64,000 bases of DNA from a virus. Lineage: Duplodnaviria > Heunggongvirae > Uroviricota > Caudoviricetes. Below the pieces are notes generated by a model, which did not search any database, was not told where the DNA came from, and was given only the letters and a program-made list of their open reading frames with translations. Of the stretch, positions 8,695 to 16,112 are shown in pieces. The stretch lies in the IMG/VR virus record IMGVR_UViG_3300047323_000428, positions 21,208 through 85,207 of that record; one strand, 5' to 3'. The position numbers and the translations under genes are program-made. Numbering within the stretch: the stretch's first letter is position 1; each line of letters starts with the position of its first letter.

Positions 8695-9336
8695 TTACGC
8701 GCAGACGGCTTTGGCGTGAGCCACAAACGCGTCCGCACCCGTGAGTCCGGTTTGCTCTTCGATCAGCGCCATGAAGCGCGCCAGGTGCTTTTCATCTCGG
8801 CCGGCAACGGCTTTGAAGCCCAGCGCCTTCTCGAGCTTCACCTCACGCGCATCGGTCTTCTCGACGGTTTTGGCCGTCTCTGCCGCCTGCTCGCGCACTT
8901 CTGCGTCCAGATCCTCCACGAACGGAGCGTCGTTGATGATCGACAGGTCCGCGGTCATGAAGTCGAGCTCCTTCGGGTCGAAGATGCCTTCGAGGTCGAA
9001 GTCGAGGCTGGCAAGCTCTTCCTGCAGGATGCGCGCGTCGATCTCCGACAGGGCAACCCGGTTGTCCGCCAGGCGCAGCGCGCGTGCTTCCTCTTTGGAG
9101 AGGTCATCGCGCACGACCACCGGCACGTGGGTTTGTCCGAGCGAGAGTGCAGCCAGGCGCCGGCCGTGACCCGCGATGATGGTGCCGTCGGCTTCGGTGA
9201 CGATCGCCGTGTTCCAGCCGAAGGCCTTGATCGACTCGGCGATCTTCTTCACCTGTGCGTCGTCGTGGGTCTTCGCGTTCAGTTCGTAGGGCTTGAGCCA
9301 CTCGACGGGCTTGAGCACCGGTTTGAATTCGTTCAT
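8695..9336 (-). CDS. ParB-like nuclease domain protein (ParB/Srx fold)
   Basis: IVTEADGTIIAGHGRRLAA matches the ParB N-terminal GxxRxxA motif. ATG at 9334-9336 overlaps the upstream stop (ATGA). Confidence 0.6.
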   Translation of the reverse strand: MNEFKPVLKPVEWLKPYELNAKTHDDAQVKKIAESIKAFGWNTAIVTEADGTIIAGHGRRLAALSLGQTHVPVVVRDDLSKEEARALRLADNRVALSEIDARILQEELASLDFDLEGIFDPKELDFMTADLSIINDAPFVEDLDAEVREQAAETAKTVEKTDAREVKLEKALGFKAVAGRDEKHLARFMALIEEQTGLTGADAFVAHAKAVCA

Positions 9337-9551
9337 GCTTTTTCCTGATTCAGATAGGCGACCCACTGGCCTTTCGTCCAGCGACCCCAGTGCTTGGGCG
9401 TGAAAATCATTGCCTCGTAAGACGGCAGGCGCTTGAATTCGGTCGGCCAGAGCGTGCTGTCGTTGATGAAGGCGACTGACACGGTGTAGGCCATGTGGTT
9501 TCTAGCCAGCATGAGCATCACCAGGCCCATCAAAACCAAGCAGACGGTCAT
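9333..9551 (-). CDS. Small membrane protein (72 aa)
   Basis: N-terminal transmembrane helix MTVCLVLMGLVMLMLA. ATG at 9549-9551; the listed first codon is a GTG. Confidence 0.45.
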   Translation of the reverse strand: MTVCLVLMGLVMLMLARNHMAYTVSVAFINDSTLWPTEFKRLPSYEAMIFTPKHWGRWTKGQWVAYLNQEKA

Positions 9552-9745
9552 CACGCAGCCTCCAGTTCCAGCCAGATCGGTTCGTGTTCGTCGGCGCTCT
9601 TGTCGAGCGCCTGCAGCTTGCGCAGGTCTTCGTCGTAGCCGTCGTCGTCGCCGTTGTGCTCGTATTCCGAGCCCTCGTCACAGGAGCGGCAGGCGAACGG
9701 GTCGTATTCGAGGTTCACGCAGGTGCGGCAGAAGGGGTATTTCAT
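9551..9745 (-). CDS. Small Cys-rich zinc-ribbon protein (64 aa)
   Basis: CRTC...CRSC pairs followed by an acidic C-terminus. Confidence 0.45.
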   Translation of the reverse strand: MKYPFCRTCVNLEYDPFACRSCDEGSEYEHNGDDDGYDEDLRKLQALDKSADEHEPIWLELEAA

Positions 9746-9750
9746 GGCTT

Positions 9751-10161
9751 TCAGCAGGTGATCCAGTCGGTTGCCAGCAATTCCGCGTGCGTCGGCAGGA
9801 ACGTGCGCGGCTCGTCACCGTCGCGGAAGAGCACAAGCATTTCGCGGTGCAAGCTCACAGTGCTGAAGGTCCAGCCCACGCGCTTGATCGTCAGACCGCT
9901 CAGAACCGCGCGCAGCGCCATGCTGAAGTCCATCCCCACCGCAACCCTGTAGGAGCGCTCGAAGACGTCCTTGGGGCTCCACGAGACGTATCCCGCGCGC
10001 CCTTCGACGTTCGGTGCGCCGCCGTCAGCGTATTCAACGAGGTAGCCTTCGGTCGTGGCGGCTTCGTTCTCCGGCAACGCCCAGCCGCGCAGTTGGTTGT
10101 AGGCGCCGAGCGTCATGGGCTCTCCATAGACGACCTTGGTGCCGATGTAGCGTTGATTCAT
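9751..10161 (-). CDS. Hypothetical protein (136 aa)
   Basis: Clean ATG ORF co-oriented with its neighbours. Confidence 0.5.
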   Translation of the reverse strand: MNQRYIGTKVVYGEPMTLGAYNQLRGWALPENEAATTEGYLVEYADGGAPNVEGRAGYVSWSPKDVFERSYRVAVGMDFSMALRAVLSGLTIKRVGWTFSTVSLHREMLVLFRDGDEPRTFLPTHAELLATDWITC

Positions 10162-10163
10162 GG

Positions 10164-10811
10164 TTATTTCGTGAGGAGGTGAACGAGTGCGGCGCCGGCG
10201 TTCGAGAGCGAGTCGTCCTCGGTGAAGCGCTGGGCCTTCATGGTCTTTTCGATGAGGTCCGTGATGGTGCCGACGTCCTCGACGGGCACCTTGAACCGCA
10301 TGATCTGATGGGTCTGCACGACCGCTTCCTTGGGCAACGGGGTTGGGGCCGCGTCGTCATCCGGTATATCTAAATCATCCAGTTCTATATTTACGGATGA
10401 AAAGATTGAAGCGAAGTCCGCGTCCGTGTAGGGCAAGAACGTTGCGAGGTCTTCGGGCGCTCCCAGACCGTCAAGCAGTTCCGCCAGGCGTAGCGTGTCG
10501 TCGTTGCCGTAGCGGGCGTTGTCGACGAGGCCAATCTCCTTCGCTTTCTGGTCGTCGATGGCACCCACGTTCATCACGGGCACGCGGTCGAAGCCCAGAC
10601 GCATCGCAGCGTCGCGCCGATGAGCGCCACCGAGGATCTGATAGCTGCCGTCGGCAAGGGTGCGCACGATGATCGGCTTGAACATGCCGAGGCGCTTCAG
10701 AGACGCCTCGATCTTGGCCTCCTCTTCCGGGCTGCACACGTTGGTGTTCCAGGGATTGGGCTTGAGCGCGGAAGGCGCCAGTTCGAGCGTTTCGATGTGG
10801 GGCTTACCCAT
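10164..10811 (-). CDS. Second ParB-like nuclease domain protein
   Basis: ILGGAHRRDAAMRLG motif. The likely ATG at 10809-10811 is M4 of the listed ORF, which begins with a TTG. Confidence 0.55.
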   Translation of the reverse strand: MGKPHIETLELAPSALKPNPWNTNVCSPEEEAKIEASLKRLGMFKPIIVRTLADGSYQILGGAHRRDAAMRLGFDRVPVMNVGAIDDQKAKEIGLVDNARYGNDDTLRLAELLDGLGAPEDLATFLPYTDADFASIFSSVNIELDDLDIPDDDAAPTPLPKEAVVQTHQIMRFKVPVEDVGTITDLIEKTMKAQRFTEDDSLSNAGAALVHLLTK

Positions 10812-10833
10812 AGGTTTCAATGGCTTAGTTGGA

Positions 10834-10851
10834 TAGTCAGTTTTGACTGTT
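10834..10851 (-). promoter_or_regulatory. PDM consensus copy (TAGTCAGTTTTGACTGTT) in a divergent intergenic region
   Basis: 22 nt upstream of the ParB-like ATG on the minus strand and 30 nt upstream of the plus-strand helicase ATG. Confidence 0.85.
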
Positions 10852-10880
10852 GGCGCTTATACTACGCCTTACACAACAGG

Positions 10881-12452
10881 ATGGCAACTCAGGACATGGC
10901 AACGATCACGCTGGCATACAACGCAACCACCGCGAAGCTCGTGGAAACCGACCGCGCGCTCAAGCTGGAGGTGCAAAAGCTCGTTTCCTACCGGGTGAGC
11001 GGCGCGGAGAACACGCTGCCCTTCAAAACCGGTGGCTGGGACGGCCGCAGCTCCTTCTTCGACTTTCGCAAGGGCACCTTCCCCGCCGGCTTCGTGCATT
11101 TCGTGGCAGCGGGCCTGCGTCGGGCCGGTCACACGGTGCGCTTCGTGGCAAAGGAAGCCCCGGAGCCGCTCGGACCGCTCAACCCCAAGATCGACAGCTT
11201 CCCGGAAGACGCGCGCTACGACTACCAGATGGAGACGGTCAACCGGCTCGTGAAACACCGCCAGATCATCGCCCAGCTCGCCACGGGCGCGGGCAAGAGC
11301 CGGGTCGCACGCCTTGCCTTCGCGCGTATCCGCCGGCCGACGCTTTTTCTCACCACGCGCTCGATCCTCATGTATCAGATGAAGGACGCGTTCGAAGAGT
11401 TGGGCGTGAAGTGCTCGGTGCTGGGCGACGGACAGTTCGGAACGGTCACAGTCGGCGCCGACGGTGAAGAACGACACTCGGTGAAGATGATGAGCGTTGG
11501 CATGGTTCAGACGCTTGTTTCGCGTCTTGCTGAACCGTGTCCGGACGATGACGTCGACAAGCAAAACGAGCAAGTGCGAATCCGCAACAAGACGATCGCG
11601 CTCTTGGAGAAGTTCGAGTTCGTGATCGGTGAGGAGGCGCACGAGGCGTCGGGCAACAGCTACTACGAGATCCTGCGCCACTGCAAGAACGCGCACTACC
11701 GGCTCGCACTGACAGCCACGCCCTTCATGAAGGACGATGAAGAGTCGAACATGCGCTTGATGGCCGCGTTCGGTCCGATCGGCATCAAGGTCAGCGAGAA
11801 GATGCTGATCGAGCGCGGCATCTACGCCCGCCCCTTCTTCAAATACGTGGCGCTCAAGACCAAGCCGCCCAAGCTCTTTCGGGGCACCACGTGGCAGGCC
11901 GCCTACCGCCTGGGGATTGTCGACAATGCCGAGCGCAATGCCCATATCGTCTTCGAGGCCCGCCGCGGCGTCGCATTGAAGCAGCCGGTGATGATCCTCG
12001 TGCAGCAGACACGCCACGGTGAGCTTTTGCGGGAGATGCTGGCTGCGAAGGGCGTGAAGGTGGAGTTCCTGCAGGGCGAGAACAACGCGAAGGAGCGCAA
12101 AGCGGCGCTCGGGCGTCTTCGGGAGCGGGAAACCGAGGTGCTGATCGGCACGACCATCATGGACGTTGGGGTCGACGTGCCGGCCATCGGGCTGGTGATC
12201 CTCGCCGGTGGTGGGAAGGCGCAGGTGGCGCTGCGTCAGCGGATCGGCCGCGGTGCGCGCGAGAAGAAGAAAGGCCCGAACTGCTTTTTCGTGGTCGACT
12301 TCGATGACCCCTGGAACAGCCACACGAAGGAGCACGCTCTGGCTCGCCGTGCGATCGTGGAGTCGACGCCGGGCTTCGTCGAAAACATCCTCCCGCCGGG
12401 CCGCGACTTCGATTTCGTGGGGCTGGGTTTTGCGACTCGCAAGGCAGCGTGA
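10881..12452 (+). CDS. SF2 DEAD/DEAH-box (type III restriction Res-like / UvsW-like) DNA helicase
   Basis: Walker A QLATGAGKS, DEAH-like VIGEEAHE, motif III LTATP and motif VI QRIGRGAR. ATG at 10881; the listed N-terminal extension overlaps the ParB gene. Confidence 0.75.
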   Translation: MATQDMATITLAYNATTAKLVETDRALKLEVQKLVSYRVSGAENTLPFKTGGWDGRSSFFDFRKGTFPAGFVHFVAAGLRRAGHTVRFVAKEAPEPLGPLNPKIDSFPEDARYDYQMETVNRLVKHRQIIAQLATGAGKSRVARLAFARIRRPTLFLTTRSILMYQMKDAFEELGVKCSVLGDGQFGTVTVGADGEERHSVKMMSVGMVQTLVSRLAEPCPDDDVDKQNEQVRIRNKTIALLEKFEFVIGEEAHEASGNSYYEILRHCKNAHYRLALTATPFMKDDEESNMRLMAAFGPIGIKVSEKMLIERGIYARPFFKYVALKTKPPKLFRGTTWQAAYRLGIVDNAERNAHIVFEARRGVALKQPVMILVQQTRHGELLREMLAAKGVKVEFLQGENNAKERKAALGRLRERETEVLIGTTIMDVGVDVPAIGLVILAGGGKAQVALRQRIGRGAREKKKGPNCFFVVDFDDPWNSHTKEHALARRAIVESTPGFVENILPPGRDFDFVGLGFATRKAA

Positions 12453-12493
12453 ATCGTGGTATTTTCACACTCACTATTGACTATGGAGCGCAA

Positions 12494-12679
12494 ATGAAGC
12501 ACGCCCTGTTTCTGAACCTCATGATCCTCGCGCTCATCCTCGCCGCTCTCTGGATCACTGGCCGCGGAGAAGTGCTGATTGCGCTTGTTATGCTGCGCGA
12601 TATGCCTTTCGGGTTGCTCATGCAGCAGCCGCCCGAAGAGGATGGTGATCCGAAGATCGGCTTCACCGCCGAAGTCTGA
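12494..12679 (+). CDS. Small membrane protein (61 aa)
   Basis: ATG with a GGAG ribosome-binding site; the transmembrane segment is LFLNLMILALILAALWITG. Confidence 0.45.
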   Translation: MKHALFLNLMILALILAALWITGRGEVLIALVMLRDMPFGLLMQQPPEEDGDPKIGFTAEV

Positions 12680-12757
12680 TTTCCGACTGAAAAAGCCGAG
12701 ATTGAGGCGTTCCGGTCGCCAACCACACAGGCGCCTCTTCCCGGTTGCGGAACTTTA

Positions 12758-12789
12758 GCCCCGAGCTAACCACTCGGGGCTTTTTCTTT
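12758..12789 (+). terminator. Rho-independent terminator (GCCCCGAG-N7-CTCGGGGC followed by TTTTTCTTT)
   Basis: 8-bp GC-rich stem followed by a T-rich run on the plus strand, immediately after the helicase and small-membrane-protein unit. Confidence 0.8.
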
Positions 12790-12819
12790 GCACGTGAGTC
12801 TCCTGGACACACTATAATG
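12788..12819 (+). promoter_or_regulatory. Sigma70-like promoter (TTGCAC/CACGTG ... TATAAT)
   Basis: Perfect TATAAT at 12814-12819. TTGCAC sits 20 bp upstream; alternatively CACGTG sits 17 bp upstream. An AAGGAA ribosome-binding site precedes the ATG at 12855. The word TTTTTCTTTGCACGTG recurs at 16031-16046. Confidence 0.55.
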
Positions 12820-12854
12820 CGTGCAGTTATTATTTTTCACGTAAGGAATACAAC

Positions 12855-13124
12855 ATGACCACGGAACGGAAACGCTACACCATCATTATCGGTGCGGAGC
12901 ATCAGGAAAAGCTCGCACGCATGGCGACCGACAACACCATCAGCCAGGCCGACGTGATCGAGGTGCTGGTCGAGCAAGCCGACGAGGCGAAGCTCAAGAA
13001 GGTGTTCGCCGCCAAGAAGGAATCGAAGGTCGAGACGCGCGGGCGCAAGAAGGATCTGGTCAAGGCGATCAACGCGCTCACGCCGGAGGAGAAAGCTGCC
13101 ATTCTCGAGCAGTTGCAGGCGTGA
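12855..13124 (+). CDS. Small DNA-binding-like protein (ribbon-helix-helix/CopG-like, 89 aa)
   Basis: N-terminal KRYTIIIGAEHQEKLARMA...ISQADVIEVLV pattern typical of ribbon-helix-helix regulators, with a Lys-rich C-terminus. Confidence 0.4.
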   Translation: MTTERKRYTIIIGAEHQEKLARMATDNTISQADVIEVLVEQADEAKLKKVFAAKKESKVETRGRKKDLVKAINALTPEEKAAILEQLQA

Positions 13125-13501
13125 TGCGGCTGCTCGTCTGTGGTGGGCGAGACTTTGAAGATCAGCAGTTCACGGATTGGGCGCTCGATGCGATACATGC
13201 ACGGCGCCCAATTTCATTGCTGATCGAAGGAGGCGCTCGAGGAGGAGATCGGTGCGCTCGCAACTGGGCGAAAAGCCGCGGTGTGCCGTTTCGAACGTTC
13301 GACGCTGACTGGACGCGCTATCGTCACCGCGCCGGCCCGATCCGAAACCAGCAGATGCTCGATGAAGGGTGCCCGGACCTCGTAGCAGCCCTTCCAGGCG
13401 GCAAGGGCACGACGGATATGGTGATGAAGTCCAGAGCCGCGGGTGTGCGCGTCATCACGCTCTGGAGCCACTACGATCGTTACAGATTGGCACTCAGGTA
13501 G
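13121..13501 (+). CDS. SLOG-fold (DUF2493/DprA-LOG-like Rossmann) protein
   Basis: LLVCGGRDFEDQ...LLIEGGARGGDRCARNWA...PGGKGTTDM pattern. Its start overlaps the upstream stop (ATGA). Confidence 0.4.
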   Translation: MMRLLVCGGRDFEDQQFTDWALDAIHARRPISLLIEGGARGGDRCARNWAKSRGVPFRTFDADWTRYRHRAGPIRNQQMLDEGCPDLVAALPGGKGTTDMVMKSRAAGVRVITLWSHYDRYRLALR

Positions 13502-13932
13502 TCGCGGAATTTGCGCTGCGGGATGCCAATCTTCTTCGCGCATTCGTCATAGACCGGTCCCGGCTGTCCGTTGCTCTGATACATGCCTCGGCACACTCCG
13601 TCGAGCGCAATCACCATCCCACCACCCGCTGCAGGGGTGCGACGCGCATAGAAGCTCACGTATCCGGTGTGGATCGGCGTATAGGTGTCGATCGCTCCCA
13701 CGTCCATCACCCTCACCCGCATGTCGGAATTCGCTTCGACGTAGGCTCGCGTGAGCAACCACATGCGGTCGCACTCCGACTGGCTTGAGCACGACACCTG
13801 TGCGGCCTGTCGGACGGTGGCAAGCGCCTGTTCGATATCTTGGATGTTCTTCGCCTGCTCGGGCGTGTATTGAGTCGCGCAGCCAGTGAGTGCGAGCGCA
13901 GCGAGCCCGAAGGCGATGGTGGTTTTGAGCAT
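13480..13932 (-). CDS. Lipoprotein (150 aa)
   Basis: Signal peptide with lipobox MLKTTIAFGLAALALTGC. ATG at 13930-13932 with a GGGAGG ribosome-binding site. It converges on the plus-strand cassette. Confidence 0.6.
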   Translation of the reverse strand: MLKTTIAFGLAALALTGCATQYTPEQAKNIQDIEQALATVRQAAQVSCSSQSECDRMWLLTRAYVEANSDMRVRVMDVGAIDTYTPIHTGYVSFYARRTPAAGGGMVIALDGVCRGMYQSNGQPGPVYDECAKKIGIPQRKFRDYLSANL

Positions 13933-13963
13933 GTTGTGGGCCTCCCTCGAAATTGTCGGAGGG

Positions 13964-13969
13964 ATTATA
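13964..13969 (-). promoter_or_regulatory. Candidate -10 hexamer TATAAT for the lipoprotein gene
   Basis: On the minus strand, TATAAT lies 20 nt upstream of the GGGAGG ribosome-binding site. No convincing -35 element is present. Confidence 0.3.
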
Positions 13970-14216
13970 GATGCGGCACTCGCCGCCGGACCCAAACTAT
14001 AAGAACCCCGCTTACCCGTCCCCACTCCCAAGTTCCCAAGAACCCAGTCCCAAGGTGGAAGTGTGCGGTGGTGCGGTTGGTGTGTGGAAGTATAAGGAGC
14101 CGAGGCCTAGGCCTACCGGGAAATATAAGGGAGCGCTTTTGGCGGTCTGGAACGAGGAAGGGAGGGCCATCGCACCGCGCGAGATTTTCTAGGACTTCGC
14201 TCTCTCGCGGTTTCGA

Positions 14217-14402
14217 CTACTGCACGCGTCGCACGTTGACGCTTGCAATCGCGCGGTGCGTCGCATTGTCTTCAGCAAGCTTGCGAATCGCTGCGAGACG
14301 CTTTGCATAGTGACGTTCGTTCGATTCGATGAACGCTGCGAGCAAACCGAACATAACGACAGCGCTGATGATTGCGAAGAGTGAGAACGGTTCGAAGTGC
14401 AT
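14217..14402 (-). CDS. Small membrane protein (61 aa) inside the compositional island
   Basis: Transmembrane segment FSLFAIISAVVMFGLLAAFI. ATG with an AAGGGA ribosome-binding site. Codon usage is GCA/GAA/CGT-rich, unlike the rest of the window. Confidence 0.5.
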   Translation of the reverse strand: MHFEPFSLFAIISAVVMFGLLAAFIESNERHYAKRLAAIRKLAEDNATHRAIASVNVRRVQ

Positions 14403-14412
14403 GCTAGTCCCT

Positions 14413-14445
14413 TAGTCAGTTTTGAGTGTTTCACGTGAAACACTC
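14413..14445 (-). promoter_or_regulatory. PDM variant (TAGTCAGTTTTGAGTGTT) fused to a 22-bp perfect palindrome GAGTGTTTCACGTGAAACACTC
   Basis: The palindrome spans 14424-14445 around a CACGTG core, 10 nt upstream of the 14402 start codon. An identical palindrome occurs at 15104-15125. Confidence 0.8.
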
Positions 14446-14604
14446 GTTGCGGTGTGTAGCAACGTGCTACAGAAAGAATACTAACACGCGATTAAATCAG
14501 CGTGCAAGTATTTTGTGTCACGTATGCAAAAACTTTCTGTTCAAACGTGAAACCGGAACCGTGAACCGTGCGAGTAATGACGATATACATAGCTGAGAAG
14601 CGAT

Positions 14605-14619
14605 TAGAGACGTTTTGAG
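14605..14619. repeat. Direct repeat TAGAGACGTTTTGAG (second copy at 18886-18900)
   Basis: Exact 15-mer shared by two non-coding regions. A partial third copy lies near 14671. Confidence 0.6.
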
Positions 14620-14682
14620 ACGTTCGCACGGTGCGCTAGTGTGTTGACTAGCATTGAACCGTGCGAACGCGCTAGAGACGGT

Positions 14683-15075
14683 TTAAACGAGTGTGAGCGC
14701 AAACGGATAAAACGCTTTGAGCGCTTCGTCAAACTCAAGTTCGAGCGCAGACAATTCGACTTGATACGCTGCACGCATGCGCTCTTTCGAGAAAACGACG
14801 TCAGATTCATGCACGATGCACGCGGTATGCTCTGCGTTGTCATACGTGACAACGATCGCGTATTCATACGCACCGTTAGCAACGTAGAGCAATTCGACGC
14901 TCTGCGAGTAGTTGACGATACGAACGCGTTCGCTGAGTTCGTCTGCGTTGTCTAGCAAGTCATTTGCTGCGCTGAGTGCGAGCGGTGCAAAGACAACCGG
15001 TTTAACCGCTTGCGCTTCGTTGCGCGCGTCGCGTGCATCTGCGAGTTCTGCGAGTGCTTTTACGAGAGTGTTCAT
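14683..15075 (-). CDS. Hypothetical protein (130 aa) in the compositional island
   Basis: ATG at 15073-15075. The listed N-terminus MFHVKHS is merely the translation of the upstream palindrome. Codon usage is atypical. Confidence 0.5.
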   Translation of the reverse strand: MNTLVKALAELADARDARNEAQAVKPVVFAPLALSAANDLLDNADELSERVRIVNYSQSVELLYVANGAYEYAIVVTYDNAEHTACIVHESDVVFSKERMRAAYQVELSALELEFDEALKAFYPFALTLV

Positions 15076-15103
15076 TCTGTGCGTCTCTGAGTGTTGAGAA
15101 AAT

Positions 15104-15138
15104 GAGTGTTTCACGTGAAACACTCATCATTGACTGTT
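15104..15138 (-). promoter_or_regulatory. Second copy of the palindrome GAGTGTTTCACGTGAAACACTC plus a half-PDM (CATCATTGACTGTT)
   Basis: Perfect 22-bp palindrome at 15104-15125, about 30 nt upstream of the 15075 start codon. Confidence 0.8.
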
Positions 15139-15143
15139 ACGCG

Positions 15144-15989
15144 TTACGCGTTAAACATCGCTTGCAGCTTTTGCGCTGCTTTCGATTCCGTAAACGTCAT
15201 TGCATCGTCTTTTTTCGACTTCGCAACGTTGCAGACATTCAGAAAGCGCATTGCTTGTCGCGTGCTGCTTGCTTGCGTGCTTGCGGTTGACGGTGCGCAA
15301 TCTTTGTATGCGCGCACCGCTTCGGTTTGCATCGCTTCGTCAAACACGATTGCACGCGAGAGCGCACGTTGTGAACCGCGGTTCGAGAGCGAATGCAGCG
15401 AAACAAGATTCTGCATGATCGAGCGCGTGTAACCGTCAAAAACCGAAGTCATACCGGTTGCGAGTGCGAAAAGCGACTTGCGGATTTTTTGCGCTGCGTA
15501 AATCGCAACGTAATCGTGCGCTTTGTCGTCTGCGATTGCGTAAGCGGTTGCAAGCGATTCAAAATCAACTTCGAGTTCTACGCACTTTTCAATTGCGATC
15601 AGCGCATTGCGACCGCTCAGCGCGTTGAGTTCTGCGAGCATGTTCTTTGCGAAGTTCGCAGACGGTGCGTTGTCAATGCGCACTTGAACCGATTCGAGCA
15701 AGAGCGCTTGCGCTGCTTCTGCTTTTGCGCGCAACTCTTCTGCGCTCAGCACAACCGGTTGCGCTTCGTCTGCTTGCGCTTCGTTCGCTTCGGTTTCGAC
15801 TGCAAGCGTTTCGACTGCTTGCGCTTCGTCTGCGCTGAGCGCTTCGTCTGCTTGCGCTGCGAGTTCAGCGTTTTGCGCTGCGATCATTGCTGCTTCTGCT
15901 TGCGCTGCTTTCTCTGCTTTCGTGAGTCGCTTCGTCATTTTCGTTTCTCGCTTAGTGTGTTGTTTTGTTTTCGTCGCTGCACCGTGCAT
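15144..15989 (-). CDS. Hypothetical protein (about 280 aa; Ala/Glu/Gln-rich coiled-coil N-terminal part and a C-terminal domain) in the compositional island
   Basis: First ATG at 15987-15989; an alternative ATG lies at 15938. Strong GCA/GAA/CAA/AAA codon bias unlike the surrounding genome. Confidence 0.5.
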   Translation of the reverse strand: MHGAATKTKQHTKRETKMTKRLTKAEKAAQAEAAMIAAQNAELAAQADEALSADEAQAVETLAVETEANEAQADEAQPVVLSAEELRAKAEAAQALLLESVQVRIDNAPSANFAKNMLAELNALSGRNALIAIEKCVELEVDFESLATAYAIADDKAHDYVAIYAAQKIRKSLFALATGMTSVFDGYTRSIMQNLVSLHSLSNRGSQRALSRAIVFDEAMQTEAVRAYKDCAPSTASTQASSTRQAMRFLNVCNVAKSKKDDAMTFTESKAAQKLQAMFNA

Positions 15990-16000
15990 CGACAAGACGA

Positions 16001-16029
16001 ATTATGCACGTATCTTTTGCGACGTGCAA
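16001..16029 (-). promoter_or_regulatory. Sigma70-like promoter TTGCAC-N17-CATAAT driving gene 15144-15989
   Basis: On the minus strand the -35 element is TTGCAC (16024-16029), the spacer is 17 bp, and the -10 element is CATAAT (16001-06). This leaves a leader of about 10 nt. Confidence 0.6.
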
Positions 16030-16075
16030 CCTTTTTCTTGCACGTGTTTTAGAGTGCGTTCTCTAAAAATAATTG

Positions 16076-16105
16076 TTGCACGTTAGAAAAACGACGTGCT
16101 ATAGT
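16076..16105 (+). promoter_or_regulatory. Sigma70-like promoter TTGCAC-N18-TATAGT pointing into the T-depleted region
   Basis: The -35 element is at 16076-16081 and the -10 element at 16100-16105. A weaker upstream element (TTGCACGTG ... TAAAAAT, 16038-16070) repeats the TTTTTCTTGCACGTG word seen at the 12788 promoter. Confidence 0.55.
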
Positions 16106-16112
16106 TCTATCA

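Noticed and set aside
12788-12819. A canonical sigma70 promoter with TTGCAC as the -35 element
   Set aside because: The call is kept only as a candidate. The spacer from TTGCAC to TATAAT is 20 bp, whereas CACGTG sits at the canonical 17 bp but is not a -35 consensus. The same ambiguity recurs at 16038-16070, so the true recognition element is uncertain.
14189-15123. N-terminal extension MFHVKHS shared by ORFs 14189-14443 and 14683-15123
   Set aside because: MFHVKHS is simply the translation of the palindrome GTGTTTCACGTGAAACAT, which sits upstream of the real start codons (14402 and 15075).
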